DNA of 64,000 nt from Solirubrobacterales bacterium (GTDB lineage: Bacteria; Actinomycetota; Thermoleophilia; Solirubrobacterales; 70-9). Below are positions 1 to 9,825 of the stretch, piece after piece. The notes below the pieces were generated by a model. That model had not been told where the DNA came from. It did no database searches and was given only the letters and a program-made list of their open reading frames with translations. Every line of letters begins with the position of its first letter. The stretch's first letter is position 1. Where the stretch lies: the NCBI GenBank assembly GCA_035703365.1, contig DASSYI010000007.1:1696-65695 (forward strand), given 5' to 3'. Both the position numbers and the translations under genes were made by a program.

Positions 1-26
1 CGGCTTCGTGGAATAACCTCGCGCCC

Positions 27-494
27 ATGAAGACCGCCGGAGAGATCATGGCCAGGGACGTTCCCAGCGTCCATCCCAGCGACGATGCCCGCACGGCGAT
101 CGACCTGCTCTCGAAGTCTGATCTCGGCGCGATCCCGGTGGTCGACAACGACAACAAGCTGGTCGGCATCGTCAGCGAGTCGGACCTGATCCTCAGCGAG
201 GAGGAGTCGGACCTCCACCTGCCGCACTACCTCAACATCATGGGCGGCATCGTCTTCGTCGGCTCGATGAAGGGGTTCGAGGAGCGGCTGGAGAAAGCCT
301 TCGCCACCGAAGTCTCGGAGCTGATGACGCCGGACCCGATCGTCGCCCACGACTACGAGGCGGCGGACCGGGTAGCGAAGAAGATCGCCGACAAGCATCA
401 CAACCACCTCCCGGTCGTGGACGCCGACGGTTACCTCGTCGGGATGGTCACCAGGGCGGACGCGCTCGCGGCCCTGGTCGCCGAGCCGGAGTAA
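27..494 (+). CDS. CBS-pair domain protein
   Basis: 155-aa ORF with two CBS-like segments (GAIPVVDNDNKLVGIVSESDL and HLPVVDADGYLVGMVTRADAL). Confidence 0.8.
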   Translation: MKTAGEIMARDVPSVHPSDDARTAIDLLSKSDLGAIPVVDNDNKLVGIVSESDLILSEEESDLHLPHYLNIMGGIVFVGSMKGFEERLEKAFATEVSELMTPDPIVAHDYEAADRVAKKIADKHHNHLPVVDADGYLVGMVTRADALAALVAEPE

Positions 495-496
495 CG

Positions 497-1606
497 GTGG
501 AGCGGGCGGTCGCCCGCGTCGATCTCGACGCGATCCGCGCCAACTGCGAACGGCTGAAGGCCGAGCTGGCCACCGGCGCGGAGCTCTGCGCCGTAGTCAA
601 GGCCGACGGCTACGGCCACGGAGCCGACATCTGCGCCGAGGCGGCCCTGGCGGGAGGCGCGACCCGGCTGGCGGTGGCCACCGCGAGTGAGGCCGAGCAG
701 ATCGGCCGACGCCTCCAGCACGTGAAGCTGCTGACGATGGGGGCGTTGACCGAGGCGGAGGTTGACGCCGTGATCTCCGCCGGCTCGGAGCTGGCGCTCT
801 GGCGGGAGGACTTCCGGCGCGTCGTCGCGGCGCGGGCACGGGCCCACGGGCACCGGGCGCGCGTGCACGTCAAGTACGACACTGGCATGGGGCGGCTGGG
901 CAACCCGGACGCGGGCGAGGTGCTGGAGCTCTGCCGGGCCTGCGCCGAGGACCCCCACCTCGAGCTAGCCGGGATCTGGACTCACTTCGCGACCGCCGAC
1001 GAACTCGACTCCGAGTACTTCGACGAGCAGCTCGGGCGCTTCGACGAGGTGGCCGCGGCGGTCAAGGCCGAGCATCCGGGGACGATCGCCCACGCCGCCA
1101 ACAGCGCTGCCGTCCTCCGCGACAAGCGCTCCCACTACGACATGGCCCGTTGCGGGGTCGCCGTCTACGGCCTCGATCCGTTCCAGCGCGACCCGGCCGA
1201 GCACGGCCTGCAGCCGGCGATGTCGCTGTGCTCCCACGTCGCCGACGTCAAGCGCTTCCCCGCCGGCGCATCCGCCGGCTACGGGCGCAAGTGGAAGGCG
1301 CCGGTCGACACCTGGGTGGGGGTGATCCCGCTCGGCTACGGCGACGGCATCCGCCGCGCCCTGACCAACAACGCCGACGTCCTCGTCGGTGGCCGCCGGT
1401 ACCCACTGGTCGGGACCGTCTCGATGGACAACATCACGATCGACCTCGGTCCGGACCTCGAAGTCGAGCCCGGCGAGGAGGCGGTGCTGATCGGGCGGCA
1501 GGGCGACGAGGCGATCTTCGCCGAGGAGGTCGCCGGCCGGCTGGAGACGATCAACTACGAGGTCACCTGCGCGATCTCGCCGCGGGTCCCGCGGCGGCCG
1601 GCTTGA
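497..1606 (+). CDS. alr: Alanine racemase
   Basis: 369-aa ORF with a GTG start 2 nt after the CBS stop. It has the PLP-lysine motif AVVKADGYGHGA and typical alanine racemase length and C-terminal region. Confidence 0.9.
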   Translation: MERAVARVDLDAIRANCERLKAELATGAELCAVVKADGYGHGADICAEAALAGGATRLAVATASEAEQIGRRLQHVKLLTMGALTEAEVDAVISAGSELALWREDFRRVVAARARAHGHRARVHVKYDTGMGRLGNPDAGEVLELCRACAEDPHLELAGIWTHFATADELDSEYFDEQLGRFDEVAAAVKAEHPGTIAHAANSAAVLRDKRSHYDMARCGVAVYGLDPFQRDPAEHGLQPAMSLCSHVADVKRFPAGASAGYGRKWKAPVDTWVGVIPLGYGDGIRRALTNNADVLVGGRRYPLVGTVSMDNITIDLGPDLEVEPGEEAVLIGRQGDEAIFAEEVAGRLETINYEVTCAISPRVPRRPA

Positions 1607-1627
1607 CCGAGGCGTTTTCCTATCTCC

Positions 1628-3052
1628 ATGGCTGATCAAGGCGCCCCCGAGAAGCGAGTCGAGTCCGCGCCGGTCGCCGCCGCCGTCCGGGATGCGCTCG
1701 GCGGCGGGGACGGGGTCTGGGTGGTCGGCGGCGCGGTGCGCGACGCGGCTCTCGGCCGCGAGATCGCCGACCTCGACCTCGCCGTCGCCGGCGATCCCGG
1801 CGCGGCGGCCAAAGCGGTCGGCGCCGCCCTCGGCGAGCACGCCTTCGAGCTCTCCGCCGAGTTCGGCACCTGGCGGGTCGTCTCCCACTCGCGCGGGTGG
1901 CAGATCGACCTCACCGCCCTGCGCGCGGACACGATCGAGGCCGACCTGGCCGGGCGCGACTTCACGGTCGGCGCCGTCGCGGTGCCGTTGGCCGGCGGCG
2001 AGCCGGTCGACCCCTACGCCGGCCTCACCGACCTCGCCGAGAGGCGCCTGCGCGCCGTCGGCGAGGAGAGCTTCGCGAGCGACCCACTGCGGCTGCTGCG
2101 GGCGCCGCGGCTGGCGGCCGAGCTCGACCTCGAGATCGACGAGCGGACCGTCGTCCTCGCCCGCGCCGCCGCCGGGCGTGCGGCCGAGCCGGCGGGCGAG
2201 CGCCAGCTGGCGGAGCTGCGCCAGCTCGTCGGCGGCCCCGACCCGCTCCGCGGCCTGCGCTTGCTCGGCGAGCTCGGGATCACGCCCGTGGTCTTGCCCG
2301 AGCTGGAGACGCTGCGCGGCGTCGAGCAGGGGCCGAACCACCACCTCGACGTCTACGACCACACGATCGCCGTCCTCGAGCACACGCTCGAAGTTGAGGC
2401 CGAGCTCGATCGCTTCGCCGGCGAGCGCGCCGCCGAGGTCGCGGCTCTGCTCGACGAGCCCCTGGCCGATGAGGCGGACCGCCGCACCGCGCTGCGCTTC
2501 GGCGCCCTCTTCCACGACATCGCCAAGCCGGCGACGAAGGCGGAATTCAACGGTTTCGTCGGCTTCAAGGGACACGACGAGGTCGGAGCCGAGACGATCG
2601 GCGAGATTTGCGGCCGCCTGCGCGCCAGCCGCAAGCTCACCCAACATCTGCAGGGGCTGGCGCGCCACCACCTCCGGCTCGGCTTCCTGATCCCGGAGAT
2701 GCCGCTGCCCCCGCGCCGCGTCCACGCCTATCTGCGCGCCACCGACCCGGTCACCGTCGACGTCACCCTGCTGACCGTCGCCGATCGCCTCTCGGCCCGC
2801 GGCAAGGGGCCGATTGCCAGCCCGGAGATGGTCTCCGCCCACCTCCAGCTCGCCCGCACGATGATCGCCGCCGGGCTCGACTGGCGGCAGCAGGGACCGC
2901 CGGCGCCGCTCCTGCGCGGCGACGAGATCGCCGCCGAGCTGGGGATCGAGCCCGGTCCCGAGCTCGGCGCCGCGCTTGCCGAGCTGGAGGCCGCGCAGTA
3001 TGCAGGGGAAGTGACTGACCGCATGGGGGCACTCGATCACCTGCGCCGTTAG
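1628..3052 (+). CDS. cca: CCA tRNA nucleotidyltransferase / poly(A) polymerase family protein with HD-like domain
   Basis: 474-aa ORF with the N-terminal nucleotidyltransferase motif [22 protein letters not shown] and a downstream HD-like LFHDIAKP. Confidence 0.8.
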   Translation: MADQGAPEKRVESAPVAAAVRDALGGGDGVWVVGGAVRDAALGREIADLDLAVAGDPGAAAKAVGAALGEHAFELSAEFGTWRVVSHSRGWQIDLTALRADTIEADLAGRDFTVGAVAVPLAGGEPVDPYAGLTDLAERRLRAVGEESFASDPLRLLRAPRLAAELDLEIDERTVVLARAAAGRAAEPAGERQLAELRQLVGGPDPLRGLRLLGELGITPVVLPELETLRGVEQGPNHHLDVYDHTIAVLEHTLEVEAELDRFAGERAAEVAALLDEPLADEADRRTALRFGALFHDIAKPATKAEFNGFVGFKGHDEVGAETIGEICGRLRASRKLTQHLQGLARHHLRLGFLIPEMPLPPRRVHAYLRATDPVTVDVTLLTVADRLSARGKGPIASPEMVSAHLQLARTMIAAGLDWRQQGPPAPLLRGDEIAAELGIEPGPELGAALAELEAAQYAGEVTDRMGALDHLRR

Positions 3053-3068
3053 ATACGCTCCGCCCCGC

Positions 3069-3287
3069 ATGGCCAAAGAGGAAAAGATCGAAATGGAGGG
3101 GGAGATCACCGAGGCTCTCCCCAACACGATGTTCCGCGTCAAACTGGACAACGGGCACGACGTGCTCGGCCACATCTCGGGAAAGATGCGCCGCCACTAC
3201 ATCCGCATCCTCCCCGGCGACCGCGTGAAGATCGAGCTTTCGCCGTATGACCTCGACAGAGGTCGCATCACCTACCGCTACAAATAG
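3069..3287 (+). CDS. infA: Translation initiation factor IF-1
   Basis: 72-aa [75 protein letters not shown], the highly conserved IF-1 S1 fold sequence. Confidence 0.97.
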   Translation: MAKEEKIEMEGEITEALPNTMFRVKLDNGHDVLGHISGKMRRHYIRILPGDRVKIELSPYDLDRGRITYRYK

Positions 3288-3293
3288 CGGCCC

Positions 3294-4478
3294 TCAGAGC
3301 GGCTTCGGATCCGCCAGCTCGGCGACGAGCGTCGACCAGGCGAAGTCCTTGGCGCCCTGCCCGTTGCCGTTCCGCGGGTCGTAGTACTCGCGCAGGCCTT
3401 CGCGGGCTGCGGCGCCGATCACGCCGTCAGCCAGCCGCTCCGCCTCGGCCGCGTAGCCCAGCCGCCGCAGCCCGAGCCAGACCATCCAGGCCGAGTTGAC
3501 CCAGGTCGGGCCGCGCCAGTAGCGGCGGATCGGCCCGCGGCCGCCGTCGGGTTCGTAGCCGCGCTCGCCGACGGCGACCGAGGGCGGCGCCACCGGGGTG
3601 AGGAACTCGCTCGCGTTCAGCAGGTGCTCCTCGACCAGGCGCCGACCGATCTCCTCCGGCAGGTCGGGCAGCGCCAGCGGCGCCAGCGAGGCCCAGGTCA
3701 GGGTCTGCGGCCGCAGGCCGCCGGGCTGCGCCTCGTCGAGGAAGAGGCCGCGCCGCTCGTCCCAGAGCCTGTCGACCAGGGCGGGGGTCGCCGAGGGCTG
3801 ACCCGTCGCCTGCAGGGAGAGGGACCAGAAGGTGTTGACCAGCGGTTCGCAGAGGACGGGACCGCCGGCATCGCGGATCCGTCGCGCATCCCAGCCCAGC
3901 CCGCGGTTGCGGTGGACCAGCAGCGGGAAGCCGATGCGGCCGTTGGCCCGCCTGCCCCAGACCTCTTCGAACTTCGGCGAGGCGTCGAGGCCGGACTCGT
4001 CGGGCTGGACGATCCAGAGCAGGCCGTCGCCCTCGAGGTCGCGGTTGCGGCGCAGCCACTCCATGTGGCGGGCGATCCGCGGCTCCTCGGCCGGGTCGCC
4101 GACGGCGACCCGCCAGGCCCAGGCCAGCAGCGGCGGCTGAATCGTCTCGGTCCGCTCGGCCCTTTTCGAGACGACGTTGTAGAAGAGCAGCCGCAGCCAG
4201 GAGACCCGGCTGCGCCAGAAGATCGTGTGGCCGAGGAACCCGTCCTCGCGCTGCGCGGCCAGCAGGCTCTCCAGCTCGGCGCGGGCGTGGGAGGGTTCGA
4301 AGCGGCGCCAGACGATCGCCGCAAAGCAGGAGTCCCAGTACCACTGCCAGGGGTAGCGGCCCGGGCTCGGCTCGGTGTAGCTGAATCGGGTCTCGCCGCG
4401 GCTGCCGACGACCCAGTTCTGGCGCAGCACCCGCTCGGCCTCGGCAAGGACCGCCTCGCGGGCGGCGCCCTCAGACAT
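3294..4478 (-). CDS. (alpha/alpha)6-barrel glycoside hydrolase, GH63/MGH1-like (mannosyl-/glucosylglycerate-hydrolase-like)
   Basis: 394-aa ORF with motifs WQWYWDSCFAAI and YWRGPTWVNSAWMVWLGL, recalled from GH63-clan enzymes. It overlaps the upstream permease by 8 nt. Confidence 0.6.
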   Translation of the reverse strand: MSEGAAREAVLAEAERVLRQNWVVGSRGETRFSYTEPSPGRYPWQWYWDSCFAAIVWRRFEPSHARAELESLLAAQREDGFLGHTIFWRSRVSWLRLLFYNVVSKRAERTETIQPPLLAWAWRVAVGDPAEEPRIARHMEWLRRNRDLEGDGLLWIVQPDESGLDASPKFEEVWGRRANGRIGFPLLVHRNRGLGWDARRIRDAGGPVLCEPLVNTFWSLSLQATGQPSATPALVDRLWDERRGLFLDEAQPGGLRPQTLTWASLAPLALPDLPEEIGRRLVEEHLLNASEFLTPVAPPSVAVGERGYEPDGGRGPIRRYWRGPTWVNSAWMVWLGLRRLGYAAEAERLADGVIGAAAREGLREYYDPRNGNGQGAKDFAWSTLVAELADPKPL

Positions 4479-5286
4479 TGGTGCGGCGCATCTCGCGCAG
4501 CGCGAGCGAGCCCAGGACCGCCAGCAAGCCCGCGATGGCGACGATGCCTGGCCAGGTGTCGGCCCAGGTGACCGAGCCGACGAACCCCTGCCGGGCCGCT
4601 TCCAGCACCTGCGTCAGCGGGTTGACGTTGGCGACCTTCTCCAGCCACGGCTGCAGCAGCGCCAGCGGCGCGTAGGCGGGGGTGAAGAGGATCAGCGCCA
4701 TCGTCCCGGCCTGCATCAGCGGCGCCGCCGACTGGCTCTTGAAGCGCAGCGCCAGCATCGATCCCCAGCAGGCGGCGACCGCGGCGGTCGCGGCGACCAT
4801 CAGGTAACAGATCAGCAGGCCGTCGACGCCCGGCCATTCGGCGCCGATTACGAAGGCGATCGACAGCACGAACGTCGCCGGGATCAGCGAGCGGGCGCTT
4901 GCCGCGAGCACGTTGCCGGCCAGCAGGACCCAGCGCGGGGCAGGGGAGACGAGCAGCCGGTCGACCCAGCCACCTTCGTAGTCGCGGGCGAGGTTGACCC
5001 CCGCCGCGGCGCCGGTGAAACCGGCCCCCTGCAGCATGCTGACCGGGACGATGAAGCTCTCGTACGAGCCCGTTTCGAACCCCTGCAGTTGGGTCAGGGC
5101 GCCGAAGACGCCGTTGAGGCCGAGGAAGAAGATCGTCGGCGCCAGCACCCCCGGGATCGCCGCCCCCGGCACCCGCACGAGCTCGTTCTTGGCCCGCGCC
5201 ATCAGGGCGCCGATCGTCGCCAGGTTCGCCCGCCAGGCTGGCGGTGCCAGGGTCTTCGCAGCCAGCCTCTGGGTGGCAGCCTCCAT
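4471..5286 (-). CDS. ABC-2 type transporter permease
   Basis: 271-aa polytopic membrane ORF directly downstream of a second permease and an ABC ATPase. Confidence 0.75.
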   Translation of the reverse strand: MEAATQRLAAKTLAPPAWRANLATIGALMARAKNELVRVPGAAIPGVLAPTIFFLGLNGVFGALTQLQGFETGSYESFIVPVSMLQGAGFTGAAAGVNLARDYEGGWVDRLLVSPAPRWVLLAGNVLAASARSLIPATFVLSIAFVIGAEWPGVDGLLICYLMVAATAAVAACWGSMLALRFKSQSAAPLMQAGTMALILFTPAYAPLALLQPWLEKVANVNPLTQVLEAARQGFVGSVTWADTWPGIVAIAGLLAVLGSLALREMRRTNV

Positions 5287-6071
5287 CAGCCCACTCGCAG
5301 CCGGTGCTTGAGGGCGCGGGCGCTGAGCATCAGCCCAAGGGCGACGATGCCGGCGATCGCCGCTACCGCCTCCAGCGTCTGGGTCGCGTCGATCCCGGAG
5401 ATGATCGGCTCCCGCACGCCTTCGACGATGAAGCTCAGCGGGTTGTACTCGGCGATCGTCTTCGCCGGCTCGATCATCAGTTCCTGGGGGAAGAAGGCAG
5501 AGGAAAGGAAGAGGACGACGAGGACCAGCGGGAAGAGTCCCTGGACGACGCTGGCGCTGCCGGTGCGCAGGGCGATCGCGGCGCCGATTCCGCCGACCGC
5601 GAGCGCCGAGGCGGTGACCAGCGCCATCGCCAGCAGGGCTCCCGGCACTCCGCCCTCGATCTCGGCGCCGAAGATCAGGCCGATCGCCAGGAACCAGATT
5701 GAGGCGAAAAGCCCCAGCGCCGCCGTCCCCGCCAGCCGGCCGAGGACGATCGCGAAGCGCGGGATCGGCGCCGCGAAGAGGCGGTCGGTGAAGCCCATCT
5801 CGATGTCGACCGCGAAGGCGATGCCGCCGCTGTTGCCGGCCAGCATCATCGACTGCATCATCGCGCCGGCGAGCATGAACTGGAGGAAGCTCTGAACTGG
5901 CGGGAAGCCGGGGAGTTCGATGCTGGCGCCGGCGCCGCCGGTCTGGACCGCCAGCAGCAGGGTGGGGAAGACGACGATCGGCGCCAGCAGCTGCGGCCGG
6001 CGGAAGGTCTGGCGGATCGAGCGCGCGCCCAGCGCCCGCACCACCCGCGCGCTCTTCGCCAGATTGCTCAC
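5286..6071 (-). CDS. ABC-2 type transporter permease
   Basis: 261-aa polytopic membrane ORF. It overlaps the ATPase by 4 nt and the next permease by 1 nt. Confidence 0.75.
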   Translation of the reverse strand: MSNLAKSARVVRALGARSIRQTFRRPQLLAPIVVFPTLLLAVQTGGAGASIELPGFPPVQSFLQFMLAGAMMQSMMLAGNSGGIAFAVDIEMGFTDRLFAAPIPRFAIVLGRLAGTAALGLFASIWFLAIGLIFGAEIEGGVPGALLAMALVTASALAVGGIGAAIALRTGSASVVQGLFPLVLVVLFLSSAFFPQELMIEPAKTIAEYNPLSFIVEGVREPIISGIDATQTLEAVAAIAGIVALGLMLSARALKHRLRVG

Positions 6072-7039
6072 GCCGGGGACAGCTCCCCGCCGCCGTCCTC
6101 GCTCTCCTCCTTTTCGAGGTGGTGGCCGGTCTTCTCGACGAAGACGTCGTCGAGGGTCGGGCGGACCAGCTCCAGCGACTCGACCGCGATCCCGGCCTCG
6201 TCGAGCGCCCGGACGACGCGGGGGATGTCGGCGGCGCCGTTCTCGACCTCGACCAGGACCCGCTTGCCGTCCTTCGGCGGCAGCAGCTTGCCGAGCCCGC
6301 CGCAGACCCGCTCGGCCTCCCCCACCGCGCCCTCGCCGACCGTCAGCTCGACGTGGGGGTTTCCGACCTCTTCCTTGAGCGAGTCCGGGGTTCCCCTGGC
6401 GACGATCCGGCCGCGGTCGATGATCCCGACCTCGTCGGCCAGCTGGTCGGCCTCCTCGAGGTACTGGGTGGTGAGGAAGACGGTGGTGCCGTCCTCGTTC
6501 AGCGCCCGCACCTCCTCCCAGATCGTTTTGCGGCTGACCGGGTCGAGGCCGGTGGTCGGCTCGTCGAGGAAGAGGACGCTCGGTTCGTGGACCAGGGCCG
6601 CGGCCAGGTCGAGACGGCGCTTCATCCCGCCCGAGTAGGTCCCGACCCGGCGGTCGGCGGCGGCGGTCAGGTCGACCCGTTCCAGCAGCGCATCGGCGCG
6701 CTCGCGCCCGGCGGTGGGCGGCAGCCCCTGCAGCGTCGCCTGCAGCCGGATCAACTCGCGGCCGGTCATCAGCGGGTCCAGGGCCGCTTCCTGCAGGGCG
6801 ACGCCGATCGAGGCGCGGACCGCTCGGGCCTCGGCGACGACGTCGTGGCCGGCGACGCTGGCCCGCCCGCCGGTCGGCAGCAGCAGCGTGGTCAGCATCC
6901 GCACCGTGGTCGTCTTGCCGGCGCCGTTGGGGCCAAGGAAGCCGTAGATCTCGCCCTCGGCGACCTCCAGGTCGATTCCCTGTACCGCGAGCACGTCGCC
7001 AAAAGCGCGCTCGAGCCCCGCGACCGCGATCGCCGGCAC
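6068..7039 (-). CDS. ABC transporter ATP-binding protein (DrrA-like exporter ATPase)
   Basis: Walker A GPNGAGKTT, signature YSGGMKRRL and Walker B VLFLDEPTTGLD are present. The track ORF (to 7240) runs into the amidase, so I trimmed the start to GTG at 7039, 1 nt after the amidase stop. Confidence 0.85.
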   Translation of the reverse strand: MPAIAVAGLERAFGDVLAVQGIDLEVAEGEIYGFLGPNGAGKTTTVRMLTTLLLPTGGRASVAGHDVVAEARAVRASIGVALQEAALDPLMTGRELIRLQATLQGLPPTAGRERADALLERVDLTAAADRRVGTYSGGMKRRLDLAAALVHEPSVLFLDEPTTGLDPVSRKTIWEEVRALNEDGTTVFLTTQYLEEADQLADEVGIIDRGRIVARGTPDSLKEEVGNPHVELTVGEGAVGEAERVCGGLGKLLPPKDGKRVLVEVENGAADIPRVVRALDEAGIAVESLELVRPTLDDVFVEKTGHHLEKEESEDGGGELSPA

Positions 7040-7040
7040 G

Positions 7041-8411
7041 CTAGGCCTCCAGCGGCTCGGCGCCGAGGGCGGGCGGCGTCGCCTCGACCCAGCGGCGCCC
7101 GTTGGCCCGCTCGAGCGCCTCGGCGGCGTCGAGCAGCAGCTCGTCGCGCCCCCAGGCGGCTTGCAGCTGCAGGGCCACCGGCAGCCCCTCCGAGGAGCCG
7201 ACCGGGACGCTGATCGCCGGGATGCCGGTGAGGTTGGCAAGGGCGCCGCCGCGGACGTTGGCTTCGTCGGCGGTGACGGTGCCGCTCGGCAGCTCGACCA
7301 TCGGCGCCTCCAACGGCGGCGCTACTGCCGGGACGGTCGGGCAAGCGAGCACGTCGACCTCCTCGAAGAGGCGGGCGACCGTCTGCCGTGCCATCGTCCG
7401 CACCAGGCCGGCCTTAATCGTTGCGATCGCCGGCACCAGCACCCGGTACTTGAGCAGGCCGCGGCCGAGCGGGCTCAGCTCCGGGTCGAGTTCGTTGAGC
7501 TTTTTGGGGGTGACGCCGCCGAGGCTCTCGCTGTTGGCGATCAGGACGGTCGCCAGCGTCGCCGCCGCGAGCTCCGGCAGCTCGACCTCCCGCAACTCGC
7601 TGCCGCTCTCGCGGCGCAGGTCCTCGATCGCGGCCTCGCAGGCTTCGCGCACCGCCGGCGCGACGTCATCGCTCAACTCACCGCGAATCACGCCGATCCG
7701 CAGCCCCCGCGGCTCGCCCGCCGCCAGCTCTTCGCCGAAGAGGACCGAGTCGAGCGCGCGGCAGTCGGCGGCGTCGGCGCAGAGGGCGCCGGAGACGATC
7801 GTGGTCGAGATCTCGGCCATGTGGTGGCCCGCCATCGCCGAGCGCCCGAAGGTCGGCTTCAGGCCGGTGAGGCCGCAGTAGGCGGCGGGGTAGCGGATCG
7901 AGCCGACCCCGTCGGCGCCGACCGCGCCGGCGACGAGCCGGGCGGCGACCGAGGCCGCGGGGCCGCTGGAGGATCCACCGGGGCAGCGCTCGGGATTCCA
8001 CGGGTTGTGGGCCGGCCCGTAGACCGAGATGTTGCCGGTGCTGCTGGCGCCGAGCTCATGCATGTTGCCGACGCCGACGATCACCGCGCCGGCGTCGCAC
8101 AGGGCGCGGTAGGGGCCTGACTCGCCCGGCGCCGCCGGCGCCAGCATCTCCGCGGCGCCGAACCGCTGCGCCCGCCAGGGCAGCGGCCACTCGTCCTTGA
8201 TCACGATCGGAACGCCGTACAGCGGCCCGCGGGGCGCGTCGGCGAGCATCTCCCGCGAGCGCTCGGGGAAGGTCTCGACGACGGCGTTGAGGGCCGGGTT
8301 GCGCTCCTCGATCCGCGCCAGGGTCGCCTCCAGCAGCTCGGCGGGGTCGAGCTCGCCGGCGGCGATCGCCGCCGCCTGCTGCCGCAGCGAGAGGTCGAGG
8401 CCGGCGCTCAT
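7041..8411 (-). CDS. Amidase-signature family amidase (GatA-like)
   Basis: Contains GGSSSGPAASVA...GSIRYPAAYCGLTGLKPTFGR and VPIVIKDEW. The start was trimmed to ATG at 8411 (MSAGLDLSLRQQ...), which forms an ATGA overlap with the upstream 67-aa ORF. Confidence 0.85.
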   Translation of the reverse strand: MSAGLDLSLRQQAAAIAAGELDPAELLEATLARIEERNPALNAVVETFPERSREMLADAPRGPLYGVPIVIKDEWPLPWRAQRFGAAEMLAPAAPGESGPYRALCDAGAVIVGVGNMHELGASSTGNISVYGPAHNPWNPERCPGGSSSGPAASVAARLVAGAVGADGVGSIRYPAAYCGLTGLKPTFGRSAMAGHHMAEISTTIVSGALCADAADCRALDSVLFGEELAAGEPRGLRIGVIRGELSDDVAPAVREACEAAIEDLRRESGSELREVELPELAAATLATVLIANSESLGGVTPKKLNELDPELSPLGRGLLKYRVLVPAIATIKAGLVRTMARQTVARLFEEVDVLACPTVPAVAPPLEAPMVELPSGTVTADEANVRGGALANLTGIPAISVPVGSSEGLPVALQLQAAWGRDELLLDAAEALERANGRRWVEATPPALGAEPLEA

Positions 8412-8611
8412 CGGCTCGGCGGCGCCTGCGAGAGGTCCGGGTCGCGCTCCAGCGGGACCTCGCCGGTGTCGAGGTCGAGCAGCTCGAGGACCGGCGGCCA
8501 GAGCGTCTGGTGGGCGGCGCGGATCACCATCAGCTCGATCTCGTCGGCCTCGATCCCGTAGGCGGCGAGGGCCGCCGGGATGAAGTCGTCCGTGTGCTCC
8601 GAGGCCTCCAT
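8408..8611 (-). CDS. Small acidic protein, possible GatC/AtzG-like partner of the amidase
   Basis: 67-aa ORF whose TGA overlaps the amidase ATG (ATGA). It is acidic and probably helical, with host-like codon usage. The functional call is inference from size and position. Confidence 0.5.
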   Translation of the reverse strand: MEASEHTDDFIPAALAAYGIEADEIELMVIRAAHQTLWPPVLELLDLDTGEVPLERDPDLSQAPPSR

Positions 8612-8740
8612 TCCGCGTCGCGAACCCTACTGGGCGGTTGGCCGGGATCGTGCAACGGCCACGTCGGCGCTGCATCCGGCCGGAGCGGACGGCAAGATTG
8701 GCGCCGCAACTGGGCTCCTAGCCCCGTGTTTGCCTGTTCG

Positions 8741-9502
8741 ATGCCGATCGCAGAAGACAAGACCACCTCCCGGCGCATTTGGGCCCTGCTCGGCGCCGCC
8801 TGCCTGCTGGCGGCGCTGGTCGCGATCGCGGCGCCGCGCCCGGCCGACTCGGCGCCGCTGCGGGTCGTCACCCTCGGCCAGACGCCGGAAACGCCGCCGC
8901 CCTCCTGTCCGGGGAAAGTCGTCAACGGCCAGGAGGTCACGCCCTGCCGCGCCGAGGGTCGGGTCACCGGGTTCCAGTCGATCGCCGGTGGCGTCCCGCG
9001 GCCGTTCGAGGCGCCCTTCGAAGGCAAAATCGTCGCCTGGTCGATCACCCTCGCCAAGCCCTCTTCGGTGGAAACGAAAACCACCACCGACGAGGTGGGC
9101 TTCTTCAATGACTTCTTCGGCAGCCCCTCGGAGGCTCGCATCGCCGTCCTCCGGCCGGTCGAAAACACCAAGCCGCCGCAGTACAAACTCGTCCGCCAGG
9201 GTCCGATCGAGGTCCTCAACCCTTACTTCGGCAGCACCCCGGTCTTCGCCCTCGACCACCCGCTGACCGTGCTCAAGGGCCAGATCGTGGCGCTGACCGT
9301 CCCGACCTGGGCGCCGATGTTCGCCTTCAACGTCGGCGCTGACAACACCTGGCGCGGCAGCCGCCTGCCCGAGCACTGCGTCGCCGAAAAAGACATCCAG
9401 GGCGGCCACCCCCAGCAGGGAGTCGGCAAAGTCAAGACCTACGGCTGCTACTACTCCGCCGCGCGTCTGCTCTACACGGCCACGCTCGTCAAGAAGCCGT
9501 AG
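8741..9502 (+). CDS. Secreted hypothetical protein
   Basis: Trimmed to ATG at 8741. The N-terminus MPIAEDKTTSRRIWALLGAACLLAALVAIAAPRPADSA looks like a signal peptide, and six Cys lie in the mature part. Confidence 0.6.
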   Translation: MPIAEDKTTSRRIWALLGAACLLAALVAIAAPRPADSAPLRVVTLGQTPETPPPSCPGKVVNGQEVTPCRAEGRVTGFQSIAGGVPRPFEAPFEGKIVAWSITLAKPSSVETKTTTDEVGFFNDFFGSPSEARIAVLRPVENTKPPQYKLVRQGPIEVLNPYFGSTPVFALDHPLTVLKGQIVALTVPTWAPMFAFNVGADNTWRGSRLPEHCVAEKDIQGGHPQQGVGKVKTYGCYYSAARLLYTATLVKKP

Positions 9503-9570
9503 CGGTTTAGCTCCAAAGATTTTGCTTTGCGCGCACCACGCGTGCGCTGCAGCCCGCCAGCATCGGCGCG

Positions 9571-9825
9571 ATGCTCGTTCTCGTGCTCGTCATCTGGCAA
9601 GCGCTTGGGCTTCCGGAAGTGGAAGATCCGACGCCGAACCGGATCGGCTTGGAATTCATCTTTGGCTTAGCCGGGGCAGGCGGGGTGCTGGGAGGCATCG
9701 TGGGGTTTGCGGCCTCACCCGCGAAGCGGGAACGTGCAGTCAGCAGGGGAGGCCTGGTCGGTTTCTGCATCGGTGCCACCGTCTATTGCCTTTCGCTCCT
9801 CGCCCAGCTACTGTCTAGTTCATGA
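9571..9825 (+). CDS. Small membrane protein (2 predicted TM)
   Basis: 84-aa ORF with two hydrophobic helices. It lies in a locally lower-GC stretch with atypical codon usage. Confidence 0.35.
   Translation: MLVLVLVIWQALGLPEVEDPTPNRIGLEFIFGLAGAGGVLGGIVGFAASPAKRERAVSRGGLVGFCIGATVYCLSLLAQLLSSS

Noticed and set aside
965-3175. 736-aa minus-strand ORF antisense to alr and cca. The same phenomenon occurs at 11619-14330 (903 aa), 24457-26625 (722 aa), 42008-45019 (1003 aa), 53972-56170 (732 aa) and in many shorter ORFs.
   Set aside because: These are high-GC shadow ORFs. Their translations are Arg/Gly/Pro/Asp-rich low-complexity sequence with no motifs. Each lies antisense to, or out of frame with, a gene that has unmistakable family signatures.
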